From Utricularia gibba (taxonomy: Eukaryota; Plantae; Magnoliophyta): a DNA stretch of 64,000 nucleotides. The position numbers were made by a program, and so were the translations under genes. The notes beneath the pieces were generated by a model. That model did not search any database and was not told the DNA's origin. It worked only from the letters and a program-made list of their open reading frames with translations. The stretch is taken from the NCBI GenBank assembly GCA_002189035.1, contig NEEC01000010.1, positions 2,418,001 to 2,482,000 on the forward strand. The letters are read 5' to 3'. Below, in pieces: positions 13,206-24,835 of this stretch (positions are counted from its first letter, which is position 1; each line of letters starts with the position of its first letter).

Positions 13206-13908
13206 CTATTTTTTTCCAATTGAACAATCGGAATCAAAATCATCAGTACTCATCCCGGAAGTTGAAGAACCAGAATCTGACTCCTTGTTCATCTGCAGAG
13301 GAGTGGTTAGATTTGAATAACCGACAGCGTGATCATTGTTCTGAATTGGGCTGGTTGATGCAGTTGCAGAAGCGAAATCTTGGGTAGCGAGGGGAACATT
13401 CTGTGCAGCAACAGGAGGCGGAGGAGGACGAGAAGGGGAAGCCCCATTTGCTTTCTCAATCTCCACAGAAACCCGGTGTCTCAAATCCTCCAACGCCGCT
13501 ACGAATTCCTCCAAATCGTGCAACTCGTGAATGTCATCGACGCTACGCTCCCACCAAAAGAGTGCCTCTCTCGTCTGCTTCTTCTTTTCCCCACTTTCGG
13601 ATTGAACATTCTGTACGACCTGCGCGTAGGCGGCCCGGTTTTCACCGAACGAAGAGTTAACTCCCCCAAAAGGCACCGCGGATCCGGGTTGTGCGGCGTA
13701 GTCCCGGTGGAGAAAGTGAAGATCTGGCCGCCGGGAGACCTGGCGTACATGGTGATACTCACACCGCAGAGAATGCTGCACTCCGCGGCTTCCTTAAAAA
13801 GCCCCTGAACACGCTTCGTGAACGTCGCCTGCCTCCGCGACTTATCGGAGATTTTCTTGATCTCGAGTTTGCATCGTCTGCCGGTTTTCCTGAGGTCACC
13901 TGATCCCA
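13206..13908 (-). CDS. Type I (M-alpha, AGL61/62-like) MADS-box protein, copy 1, intronless, with an apparent -1 frameshift at 13663-13667
   Basis: MADS domain GRRCKLEIKKISDKSRRQATFTKRVQGLFKEAAECSILCG followed by SPGG.F.FS. After a one-base shift it continues as GGVNSSFGENRA...FWWERSVDDIHEL, colinear with copy 2. Confidence 0.85.
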
Positions 13909-14169
13909 TGGCGAACTGGGGAAACCGGACGCAGAGCACGTTTATTTATTGACCTCCTGTGGGCTCCAAATGCTTACTTCCAAGTGGACCCCACATCGTT
14001 AAAAAGAAATTGAAAAAAAAACTTGGGCTTTGCAAAGATGGCCATAGGTTAATTTAGCAAACAATTAGTTTTTTTTCAAAAAAATAAATATTTATTTAGA
14101 AAAAAAATAATCATTAAATTTTATCAATAACTTTCAATAAATTTAAATTTTTTATAATTAATTTTGATA

Positions 14170-14632
14170 CAAAAATGATTTGCACAAAAAACATGGAGAT
14201 GAAGTCGCCCACTCGCCACCCTACACGGCCGTTAATATTGATAGCCAATACGCCGGCGCCGGCGGCCTTATCCTGAATCAAGGTGATACTTTGTGAGGCG
14301 CCACCGGTACATCGTTGCTGTAAATAAGCCGGCAGGATCGTGGTGGCGTAAGTGATTTGCTGGTTCCTGTACTTCGCGAAAAACATCAAATTTGTCGTGG
14401 TATACGCTGAGTCTGGAGATCGGGTTCAGGGCGGTTACGGTGATGTGGACGATGGCGGAGATCGTATTCGGAGCGGAGACGTTGGGAGTGAAGATGGCGG
14501 CGTCGTGGAGAGTGAAGCGTGGCTTTGTGGTTGAAGAATGGAGCATAGAAGGACGATGAGGATGAGTGTGGCCGCGCAGCCGCGACGCAGGAGGTCGGTG
14601 TTGCTCGTCGCCGGCATGGAGGTTTCGGACAT
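14170..14632 (-). pseudogene. NDR1/HIN1-like (LEA_2) pseudogene, NHL1/NHL12 type
   Basis: Fragments ILQP, KPRFTLHDAAIFTPNVSAPNTIS, YHDKFDV, KYRNQQIT, NDVPVAP and INGRVGWRVGDFIS lie in shifting frames (at least 3 frameshifts). There is an internal deletion and the 3' end runs into AT-rich DNA. Confidence 0.8.
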
Positions 14633-14943
14633 GGTCCCCGGTGAAGTCGGGCGGTGGTTTTGATGGGTCGTCGCCGGAAATGAGACGCCTATTGTGACCT
14701 AGTATATTAGGAGACGTAATCAAATATTTATTTGCAAAATATATGTTTTTTTTTTATAATAATTAAAAAGAGCAACATTGAAAGTGACAGTACGTACGGG
14801 ATGGGTCCATTTTCCTAAGCCGGATTTTCAGAAGCTTCTATTTTGGGAAGGCGTTCTTCTTGGAATCAGAAACCCCTGTTACTAATTCCTGATCCGATCA
14901 AATCGGATATCAAATCTGAATCCCGGAGAGAAACCGACGGGAA

Positions 14944-17900
14944 ATGGCGCCCTACGCCGCCGCAGTTGAAACATTGAGAGAACGCGCAGCTTTGATCAAT
15001 GAATCAATGCAGAAGACACAATCCATAACGGATACCATGACGGCGACCCTTGGATCCTTTGATCACCGACTATCTGCACTGGAGACCGCCATGAGACCCA
15101 CTCAGGTGAGTTTATTTTTTTATTAAATAGCATTTCCATCGTTGCATTGCAGGTGTTTGATCAATATACTGTGATGTTTCGTAGCTGAAAACAAACTTGA
15201 TAAGGAGAGCGCACGAGAACATTGACAAAACATTGAAGGCCGCTGAGGTTATTCTTGGTCAATATGATCTGTCACGTCTGGTATATCTCCTATATTTTGA
15301 AAAAAATATAATCGTTAGATTGTATTCAGGCATATATTTTTTAACATTTTAGTGTATCATAAATTTCAGGCAGAGGCGAAGATTTTAAGGGGTCCTCATG
15401 AGGATTTGGAAAGTTACCTTCAGGCCGTGGATCAGTTAAGGAGTATTGTGCGATTTTTTGCTGAAACCAAGGGACTTAAGAGTGCAACTGGTTTGGTGAA
15501 CCAAGCGAATAACCTTCTGGGCAAGTCAATATTGAAACTTGAAGAAGAGTTTCGACAGCTTCTCATATCATACAGGTTCAGACATTTGGCTCTCCCCATT
15601 TGGTTCCTCTTCTCGTGAGCTTTTAGTTTTGTAGCACTTGATCACTCATTTTTGGAAGCTATTTACTCAGTTATGATGAATGTATATTAGCGAGTATTGG
15701 ACACCGAACTATTTATACCTGGGTGAAAGAGATTTGATCATATTAATCTTGGGGCTCTCATTAATTTGTTTAGTACTAATTAACATATCTTCTGAGAGTA
15801 TTTCAGTAAGCCCGTTGAACCTGATCAGCTGTTTGGCTGCCTGCCGAGCTCAATGAGACCATCAGCTCAATCACCCAGAGACAGTGAACATAGTGAAAAG
15901 AAACATTCAGAAAACCAGAATAAGGCTACAGGAGACATTGTTTATCAACTTCCCGTTTTGATTCCAGATAGACTTCTACCTCTTTTACATGAAATAGCGC
16001 ACCAATTGATCCAAGCTGGACACCGACAGCAGGTCTTCAACATATACGGGTAATCCGTTAGATTTGCATGCCACAGTTTGTTGGTGTTTGATTCCATATA
16101 GACATGCATTGCATACATAAAGTCATTCTTTTGTTTCTCTATGCCCACAAGTACTCAATTGTTGTTTCATGCAACACAATATATGCCTTTTAACATCATC
16201 TTTGTCACAAACATAATATCTAGGGAAGCTCGGGCTTCAGCTGTTGAGAACACCCTGCGGAAGTTAGGCGTTGAAAGACTCAGTAAAGATGATGTACAGA
16301 AGATGCAATGGGAAGTTCTGGAGGCTAAGATAGGGAACTGGATCCACTTCATGCGGATCTCTGTATGATTTTGTACACATTATTGAGCTATGAAGTACTC
16401 ATTTTTTAATCTCTTCATTTGGTTTGGGGGTTAAACAGGTCAAGCTTTTGTTTGCTGCTGAAAAGAAAATATGTGATGCAATCTTTGAGGGCAATGAGAA
16501 CGTTGGAGATCAGTGCTTTGCTGAAGTTACATCTAATAGTTTCTCTGTACTTCTAAGTTTTGGAGAAGCGATTGCTAAAAGCAAAAGATCTCCCGAAAAG
16601 CTATTTGTCCTTCTCGACATGTATGAAATAATGAGGGAACTTCATTCAGAGGTATCACACAATTTTCATGATTATGAATACACGCATTTCTTCTTACGCT
16701 AGTAGTGAATAAGTGTCTTTTATTTCCAGTGTCTACATCAGAAACTTTATTTCATTTGAATTTGACCCGTGAAAAGTTTTTGTTGTCAGACAGATACCAT
16801 ATTTTCAAGCAAAGTCTGTGCTGAAATGAGGGAAGCTTTTGGGCTACTGAGCAAACGACTAGCTCAAACTGCCCAAGAAACATTTGGCGACTTTGAAGAA
16901 GCAGTTGAGAAAGATGCCACAAAAACCGCCGTTATGGATGGAACAGTCCATCCATTGACAAGCTATGTCATTAACTACGTCAAATTTCTCTTTGAGTAAG
17001 CCCAACCACTAAATTCAAGTTTTAACTTTGAGTGAAACCTTTTCTTGTTCACCATTCACTATTTTATCGTATGGCATTTATGTTAGTTACAATCTGATCT
17101 CTTGTGACCTTTTTAACTTTCAGCTATCACACAACTCTTCAACAACTCTTTTCAGAGTTTCAAAAAGGTGATGTGAACCAGCAGCTAGCATCTTTGACAA
17201 CAAGGATAATGCAAGCTCTACAGGCGAACCTCGATGGCAAATCCAAGCAATACAAGGATCCTGCTTTGACCCAACTATTTCTGATGAACAATATTCACTA
17301 TATCGTTAGATCAGTTCGTCGGTAAGTGATTTGGGTATCATACGCTTTCTTTCAGGACTCCAATCATACTAGACAACATATCTTTCAAATGTAGCTCTGA
17401 AGCAAAGGATCTATTGGGTGATGATTGGGTTCAAATACATAGAAGAGTTGTCCAGCAGCATGCCAATCAATACAAGAGGATTGCTTGGTCTAAGGTGCAT
17501 CATTCATTTTCTCATTCCTCTATCACCTCTTCATGCTTCATAGTCTCACTACAACAACTTGCCATGCTACAGATTCTGCAGTGCCTCACCATTCAGGGAA
17601 ATCAGTCTTTCGGAGATGCCACCAGCACAGCCGGTGTCTCAAGGGCGGTGGTAAAAGACAGGTTTAAAACCTTCAACATGCTATTCGAGGAGATTCATCA
17701 AAGGCAGTCCCAGTGGACTGTCCCTGACAGTGAACTCAGGGAGTCCCTGAGGCTTGCCGTCGCCGAGGTCCTTCTTCCTGCTTATCGATCCTTCATCAGA
17801 CGTTTCGGGTGCACCTCTTTAATCTCCTAATCCCCATTTCTATACCATCATCCTGAAGAATCATATTACGAATTTGGAATGCATTTTTCCTTGACAGGCC

Positions 17901-18015
17901 TTTGATCGAGAGTGGAAAGAACCCACAGAAGTACGTCAGATATTCCCCAGAAGATCTTGAAAGAATGTTGGCCGAGTTCTTTGAAGGCAAGATATGGAAT
18001 GAACCCAAACGGTAA
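14944..18015 (+). CDS. EXO70A: Exocyst subunit EXO70A (A2-like C-terminus), multi-exon
   Basis: LGSFDHRLSALETAMRPTQ, GPHEDLESYL, SKRSPEKLFVLLDMYE, DGTVHPLTSYVINY, LFLMNNIHYI, WTVPDSELRESLRLAV and EFFEGKIWNEPKR*. Canonical GT-AG introns. Confidence 0.95.
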
Positions 18016-19250
18016 ACCTTGAAACCCATGAATCCCAAGATTGTTTGAAGTGTAAACAAAATCTTCCAACTTTGTGAGACTGTGATTTCGCTGCATTTAG
18101 TAGCTCTAGGAAGTTTCATCCAACTTTTAAGAAATCAAAAAGCACATGTATTGCACACACAACCTAAAGAGTTAATTAGTAAAATACTTTACATTTTACA
18201 TTCAATCGGTATAATACCTCACCTTTGAACTATCTTTGTTAAATATCTATGCTAATACAATTATATTGACAAATTACCCGACTTTTATTTTTTTTTATTT
18301 TCCAATTACATTGTCATAAATAATTCTAACACACATACCATCATGTCAATTCAGAAATTTGAGAATTCAATTAAAAATATAATCAATTAAAAAGTGTTTT
18401 ATTTAAAAATATTTTGCAATTAAAAAATATAATGTAATAGATACGATTGAATAAAAAGTGTGTTTGATATAACACATATTATTTTAAAACAATGTTTTAT
18501 AAATGTTTTATTAAATTTTATGTAGGTTATACTAATATTTTTTATTAAAAATTAAATCAAGTATCATATTGACATTGATAACATTTTTATTTTATATTAA
18601 TTGTTACAATTATCTATTTTTTGTAAGTTTTACTTATTAATTATTTTCTATACATATTCAATATCAATTGAAAGTAATACGAAATATTTAAATTTTTTTT
18701 GTAATTCATTTTTTTTTATTTTATAAGCAGCCATAATTATATTTATTAAAATATCATTTATTCATTTGAAATACATGAATTAAAAAATGATAACAACCAT
18801 TAAGGATATCTGAAAGCACTTTACTAAATTTTAGTCATCCATAAAAATAATCATTTTAATTATAATGTAATAAAAATTAAGAATTAAATAAGAAGAAGTA
18901 ATTTTTTTAAATATGTTATATGTAGTTTTAAAATTTATTTATTTATTTTTCAAAGTTACACAAGTTGTATTATGGATAAAAATAATTTGTAAAATTTTAT
19001 TGGTTCAATTTTTTTCTAAATATTGTTTTAAATTATTAGTAATAACGAGAAAATCGATTTTATTTGTTAAGAAGACAAATACAAAATAGAAATGTATTTC
19101 ATATAAAAAAGTGAATTTTAAATTATACATATAATAAAATATTTTAAAAACTAAAAAGTTAGGTTAATTTGCAAATAATACAATTTGATACAAATAATTT
19201 ACAAATTAATGATAAAATCAAGGTATTTTATCAAAACATCCCAACCTACA

Positions 19251-20090
19251 TCATTCTGATTCTTCGTTTGTGCGATTTCCTGCAACTACAGAACCAAGCC
19301 TTCTTCTTGCAACCTTGGACCTGTAACACCATAACTCAAACGCTTCTGTTAGATCAGGGTAACTCGTAGACTCACTTTCCAGCCACTCTGTAAGTATCTC
19401 CGCCTGCTTTGTCGACGGTAGAGTGAGGATCGTCAACACAAAGGATGACTCCAACGACTGCCACAAATCTCCATCAGACTTTGGAAGCCTCTCATCTGAA
19501 GTTGTCATTTCCACAGCCCACTTAACTGATCTTGCAAATGGGAGCCATGTTTTGATCATCTGCAGGCGTTTTCCGGTAGGCAAAATGACTTTTCCGCATA
19601 CAATAGCATCCAGGACTTTGCCTGTAATCTCAAGAACTTTCAACTTTATCCCAATTGAGGAGTTTTCAGGAAATGCTTGTTCTGGGATTTTCACCACTTT
19701 TGGGGACAACTCCACCCATGATGTGATGAAATCTGCCAAGCATTCGAGCTTTGTTAGCATCTGAGATGCCCACAAGAGATCGGATAGGTACAGTTGGAAC
19801 AACTCTGCATTTCCTGCACCAGAAGTGTAGTTCACATCTGTAATGGCGGAGTCCACAAGATTCACAAACCTTGAAAGCAGAGCACTAGTGCATTGCTTGG
19901 CTTCAGATTTCACCTTATCATCAGCAACTAAAAAAGGTGCATCGTCGTCCTCAGTCAGCAGGTACTCGAGTTGCTCTTGTGCTGAAGCCTTAATATCATG
20001 CATCGACCCTGAGGGCGGTGCTGTCGCAAATCTGATGGATGAAAGAAAAAGCTCAAGACATGCAAGGATCGGTTCCACGTCTGATCCCAT
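19251..20090 (-). CDS. BTB/POZ At3g05675-like protein, C-terminal 279 codons open; the N-terminal BTB-coding part (about 20090-20390) is decayed
   Basis: SAQEQLEYLLTEDDDAPFL, FVLTILTLPSTKQAEIL and PDLTEAFELWCYRSKVARRRL. Upstream relics FTDWLSD, GYSEIV and CVGYL are interrupted by stops and frameshifts. Confidence 0.75.
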   Translation of the reverse strand: MGSDVEPILACLELFLSSIRFATAPPSGSMHDIKASAQEQLEYLLTEDDDAPFLVADDKVKSEAKQCTSALLSRFVNLVDSAITDVNYTSGAGNAELFQLYLSDLLWASQMLTKLECLADFITSWVELSPKVVKIPEQAFPENSSIGIKLKVLEITGKVLDAIVCGKVILPTGKRLQMIKTWLPFARSVKWAVEMTTSDERLPKSDGDLWQSLESSFVLTILTLPSTKQAEILTEWLESESTSYPDLTEAFELWCYRSKVARRRLGSVVAGNRTNEESE

Positions 20091-20617
20091 CCCAATGGGT
20101 GCCCTTCAAATGTCTACTCAAAAAGCCATTCAAGTAGCCCACACAATCTCAGAGTATCCACACTGAAATGCTATACTTGGTATAAAATCTTGACATTACG
20201 GTTTAGTGTATAAATTAATCCCAAAACGAGTGGTTCAGGGTGAAGATCTAGCAAGCCAGCAGAGTATCAGATAGCCAGTCAGTGAAGCGATTGCACCTGT
20301 ACATGCATTCCGGCTTGTGATTTCTTGAAGATCACTTCTTGACATGTGATGAAACATGCTGATCGCTCATGATCCATCATCCTATAACATAACAAAAAAA
20401 CATGGTTGTTAAGGAAGCATTTTATTTTTGTCATTCAAAATGGAAAAACATGAATGGTTTCACAACTGAGACATTTCATACCAAATGAAAGGAAGATTTA
20501 ACCAGTTTGTTCTATCTAGCAGTGCAGAATAAAAAGACAATCAATGTTCAAGATTTTACCTAGTAAACTTTACCGAAATTCGAGAACTAAACAAGACAAA
20601 TCGTGTGACATGCAAGA

Positions 20618-21964
20618 TTACTTCTTTGGAATTCTTCTTATGGCATCTATACATAACCTTGGGACAATTAATTTCAATGCATTAGAAATGATTCCATCAT
20701 CTCTACTCCAATCAGATCCAACTTCAGATTTCGTGGCAATAAGAACAAAATTTTCCTCATTTCCAGCATCTACTTCATACACTTCCACGAAAATCTCTTG
20801 AAGCAATCCAGTGAAGCCCTCGCGAGAATGCTTTCTGACGGGAACCGTATTGACAATGAGAACCCCATTCTGATCGAGAATATCTCTAACTGACAGAAGA
20901 ACAGAGCTTCTAACGAATTCCACTGGTGGAGCAACACAAGGGCCTAATGTTGGATCACAAGAATCCAAATCAACCATAATGACTTCAAACTCAGTTTTTC
21001 TAGATGTATTCTTTGCATGATTTTTGACATGCTGTATTCCATCCTCAGCAAATAAATGAATTAGTTCACTGCTCTCCAATCCAAAGTGTCTCTTGGCAAC
21101 TTCCAAAACTACCTCATCTTCATCCACACCCACAACCTCAAAATGTAATTTCGAGGCCAAAAATCCAACGAGGGCCCCTCCACCAACCCCTAAACACAAG
21201 ACTTTTGGCCTACTTCCACCAACTATTCTACTGTCGAGGAAATGCCTGATCAACCAAATTCCAGTTACCATTGGTATCAAGTAAGGTTGAACTAGCACTT
21301 CCATATCCAAATCAAACTCCACATTTTCAAGACTTACCAAAGATGGGTTATTCCTAGGATGAAGTCTAATTTGGGTTTGAACTAAATTTGGCATTCTCTT
21401 AAACCTTAACCTCCGCCGGTACTCCTTTACACCATCAGTTTCCAACTCAACATTTTCTATCAACATGTCACCAGCTTGAGGCCCCGCACATATCTCCAAG
21501 ATGGAGCTTCTCTTCACATCATCTTCATAAATTAAAAAAGGAACTTGTGGAATCTTCCCACCACTTGGATATTGAGATTTAGGTGTCAAGTGAATCAGAA
21601 GAGGTGCAAGATCTTGCTGAATGATTGCTGAAGGAGAGGAATGGATGGCAGATTCAAGATCAATTGCAGGGCAACCAGAGGACACAGCATTGCTAACCAG
21701 AATAAGTCTGGATACAGGGAAATCGGATTGGGTGGAGAGGAGGAGCTGGAGATGTCCAGAAAAGGTGGAAAAGATCCAGTCAGATTCACGGCCATGAGGA
21801 ACCCACATGGCTGCCGTACAAGTGGCACCAGGAATGTCAGCGGAATCTAAGGGATAATCTAACACTGCAATTCGAAGAGGGTAAACCTGCTGGCTATATG
21901 GAAGTGTAAAGGTTAAATAACGGTAAGGGACTATGGTTTCTAAAGCAGATGGAGTAAGAGACAT
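20618..21964 (-). CDS. SAM-dependent methyltransferase, METTL13/eEF1A N-terminal methyltransferase-like (spermidine-synthase-like fold); uninterrupted CDS
   Basis: Single long ORF with RRRLRFKRMPNLVQTQIRL, SAM motif VLCLGVGGGAL and VIMVDLDS. Likely start MSLTPSALETIVP at 21964; the ORF track starts upstream at 22036. Confidence 0.85.
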   Translation of the reverse strand: MSLTPSALETIVPYRYLTFTLPYSQQVYPLRIAVLDYPLDSADIPGATCTAAMWVPHGRESDWIFSTFSGHLQLLLSTQSDFPVSRLILVSNAVSSGCPAIDLESAIHSSPSAIIQQDLAPLLIHLTPKSQYPSGGKIPQVPFLIYEDDVKRSSILEICAGPQAGDMLIENVELETDGVKEYRRRLRFKRMPNLVQTQIRLHPRNNPSLVSLENVEFDLDMEVLVQPYLIPMVTGIWLIRHFLDSRIVGGSRPKVLCLGVGGGALVGFLASKLHFEVVGVDEDEVVLEVAKRHFGLESSELIHLFAEDGIQHVKNHAKNTSRKTEFEVIMVDLDSCDPTLGPCVAPPVEFVRSSVLLSVRDILDQNGVLIVNTVPVRKHSREGFTGLLQEIFVEVYEVDAGNEENFVLIATKSEVGSDWSRDDGIISNALKLIVPRLCIDAIRRIPKK

Positions 21965-22525
21965 TATCCTAGAGAGTTGACAAGCAAGAATAGCCCCTAA
22001 AATGCAGATGAAAATGGACTGCAAGAATAAAAACATGAAAAAAATAAGAAACTGGCACCATGCCTTGATAACAATACTTCATTTCTACGAAAAGATCTGA
22101 ACTGCTGCTATTCATAATACGTTATCAAGAAAAGCTCATGAGCCACTTAATCACGAATCAGGTTAACAGATTCCTTACTTCAAACTAATAATACAAAATA
22201 CACTCGATAACGAAACCAATAGACTCAGGAAGCTACCAATTGAGCACTTGTCTTCAGGTAAACACACTTTACAGCAAATTAAACACGGAAAAAAGCAATG
22301 ATTCAGGGCTTCACCCCTACGCATTAGCATATAATAGAACTAACTAAAAGCGTGGAACAAAAAAAACAGAGTAAAGATGATTTCGAAATCCTGTACCGGT
22401 GATCTCAGTTCCAATATCGAACACGCAGGACTTCAGCATACGGAAAGCCCTGAACTTGGTTGGAGAAGAGGACTATAAAACCGTTTTGATGACAATTTTG
22501 GAAATTAATTTGTCGGCTAATACAA

Positions 22526-22599
22526 GCTGGAATAGCTCAGTTGGTTAGAGCGCATGGCTGTTAACCATGAGGTCGGAGGTTCGAGCCCTCCTTCTAGCG
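22526..22599 (+). tRNA. trnN-GUU: tRNA-Asn (anticodon GUU)
   Basis: Full cloverleaf: acceptor GCTGGAA/TTCTAGC, D arm GCTC/GAGC, anticodon stem CATGG/CCATG with loop CTGTTAA, T arm GGAGG-TTCGAGC-CCTCC. CAA motif upstream and T-runs downstream. Confidence 0.97.
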
Positions 22600-23226
22600 C
22601 TCAGCAATTTTGTTTTCCGTATCCAGAAGGAGTTACCAAAATTATATGTTTCTTGGGAGACTTCAAATTTTGAAAAGGCAAATGTGAATGATATACGCGT
22701 TTTATTTATTTATTTGAACGCATAATCAAGACTACTACTACTACTACATGTACAACAACCAAAACACTAAGTCTTATTCCTTATTCAAATAAGGACGTTC
22801 GTCAATGGTCCCCAATATTTGTAAAAATTATAACAATCATCTTTCTATTTTAATATTATTTTAAAGCGGTGTCAAAATTAATTTCTAATATTTAAAAATT
22901 TGATCCTCAATATTTCCCAATTTGATATAGATAATCATTATTTTTTTGAAATAATTGGTACTATTAATTCCTTTATTTAAAAATTTAATAAATAAAATCC
23001 CACAAAATCAAAAGCATCTAATTATATTAGATGATACGTCAAACTTTGAGAATTAATAATACGAATATATAAAATTTTGGAGAATGATTTTGGAACCAGT
23101 TACGTAATTTATTTTAAAAATTGGAAATTAATGTTGTCAAAATGTTAAAATTTGATGATTATTTTATGCAATTTCCTAATTCAAAGAAAACTTTTTTTTC
23201 TGCTCGTATTTTCTTCCCTTTTATTT

Positions 23227-23450
23227 TTGACTGTGGAAATTTAAAATCTTGCTTTTTTCACGCGTACGGATTCCTTGAAGAAATCGTCTTTTTTGTTTTT
23301 TAAATCCGAAATTGGCGTGGTCTTCGTGGGGTCAAATAATGCTGCAATTCAGATTTGGAAAGAGTCAAGTCGTAAGGTGTATGGTTTTTTAACGGGCAAA
23401 AAAAGTCAAACTCTCTCTCACACACCAACACCTGGAAATACATGTTGACT
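23227..23450. promoter_or_regulatory. W-box cluster (5 x TTGACY) plus a CGCG box upstream of the U-box gene
   Basis: TTGACT 23227, GGTCAA 23330, AGTCAA 23363, AGTCAA 23404, TTGACT 23445; ACGCGT at 23260. Confidence 0.65.
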
Positions 23451-23588
23451 TTTAAACAACGGACGATGATTTTTTCTCCCTTTCCTTTGATTTTGGCATC
23501 CACCACTGAGATTCTCCACCGGAATCCGAGGAGCTCCCACCGCAGAATACCCGTCTGAGTCAGTCGATTTCTGGGGAAATCACCGTTG

Positions 23589-24835
23589 ATGGCGGCGGAG
23601 ATCCAAATCGACATCCCCCAGTATTTCCTCTGCCCAATTTCGCTCGAGCTCATGAAGGATCCGGTGACGCTCCTCACCGGGATTACCTACGACCGCGACA
23701 GCATCGAGAAATGGCTCTTCTCAGGCGAGCCCAACGCCACCGAGGCCGCTGCAACGCCCACCTGTCCGGTCACGAAACAGGTCCTCGATAATCCTGATTT
23801 GACCCCCAACATCATTCTCCGGCGACTGATCCAATCATGGTGCGCTCAAAACTCTCTTCAACGCCTCCCCACTCCGAAAGCTCCGGTGACGAGATCCGAA
23901 ATTTATAGAACTCTCAGAGAAGCGAAGTCTCCCCAAAAGAAAATCGAGTGCTTGAAGAAAATCAAGTCCATTGCTTCGTACAGCCATTCCAACAGAAGAG
24001 CAATCGAATCCGCCCCCGGCGCCGTCCAGTTTCTAGCGTCGTTGATCTCGAGTCATACCCAAGAACCCGGCTCGAAAGAAGCCATTGATGAAGCTTTCAC
24101 AATCCTCTTCTCCCTCACATTGTCCGAACCCGCCCTAGCTTCTCTCAGCAGCCCAGCATTCGTAGCTTCTCTGACCACCCACATGAAAGACGGAAGCTTC
24201 GAAACGAGAACCCATTGCATTTCCCTTCTGAATCAAATCCTCGAACTCGCAACAGGAACGGAGCATCCCTTGTTAACCGGGCTGAACCCGGGATTCTTCA
24301 CAGAAACTGCCCGAATTCTCAAGGACCAGATATCGAAGAAAGCCTCGAAATCAGCACTGAAAGCATTGATCATCGCATCTTCATCCGGGAAAAACAGGAT
24401 CAAGGCCTCCGAAGCAGGAACCGTTCCCGTACTGATCGAGTTTCTCCTCGAGTGCCAAGACAAACACATCTGCGAAATGATCTTAACCCTGCTGGACTTG
24501 CTCTGCCAATGCGCAGAAGGGAGAGCGGGACTGCTGGGCCACGGCTGCGGATTAGCCATCGTGGTGAAGAAGATCCTGAGAGTATCGAGACACGGGACAG
24601 AGAGGGCCATCAAGATTCTTCATTCGGTGGCCAAGTTTTCTCCGACGAGGGAGATGTTCCTGGAGATGCTGGAGCTGGGTGTTCCGGAGAAACTGGGGCT
24701 TGTTCTGGAGGTGGATCCTGCGTCCAAGACGCGGCTGAGATCGAGTGAGATAATGGAGATCGCCGTGAAGGCCTGGAGGAATTCGCGGGCGCCGTGCCTC
24801 CCCAGAGCCTCCTTTCTTTATATACTCCTTCATGA
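23589..24835 (+). CDS. PUB23: U-box/ARM E3 ubiquitin ligase, PUB22/23/24 clade, intronless; apparent -1 frameshift at 24800-24803 (as assembled the ORF runs to 24884)
   Basis: U-box IPQYFLCPISLELMKDPVTLLTGITYDRDSIEKWL, TPNIILRRLIQSW, CQCAEGRAGLLGHGCGLAIV. One extra C gives the family-type end PCLPQSLLSLYTPS*. The exact paralog is uncertain. Confidence 0.9.

Noticed and set aside
18160-19240. AT-rich spacers (also about 22780-23120, 24900-25680, 59870-60130) as MULE/MITE fold-back relics
   Set aside because: There is only vague terminal similarity. I could not define TIRs or TSDs by eye, so a repeat-library search is needed.
20890-20910. TGACAGAAGA, resembling miR156/157 or its target site
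   Set aside because: Only about 10 nt match. It lies within a CDS, has no hairpin, and the 3' half mismatches heavily.
23300-23677. 125-aa minus-strand ORF, and similar antisense ORFs over PUB, FLA, NGAL, MADS and the 31-kb gene
   Set aside because: They are shadows of GC-rich coding strands or promoter sequence, with no recognisable motifs.
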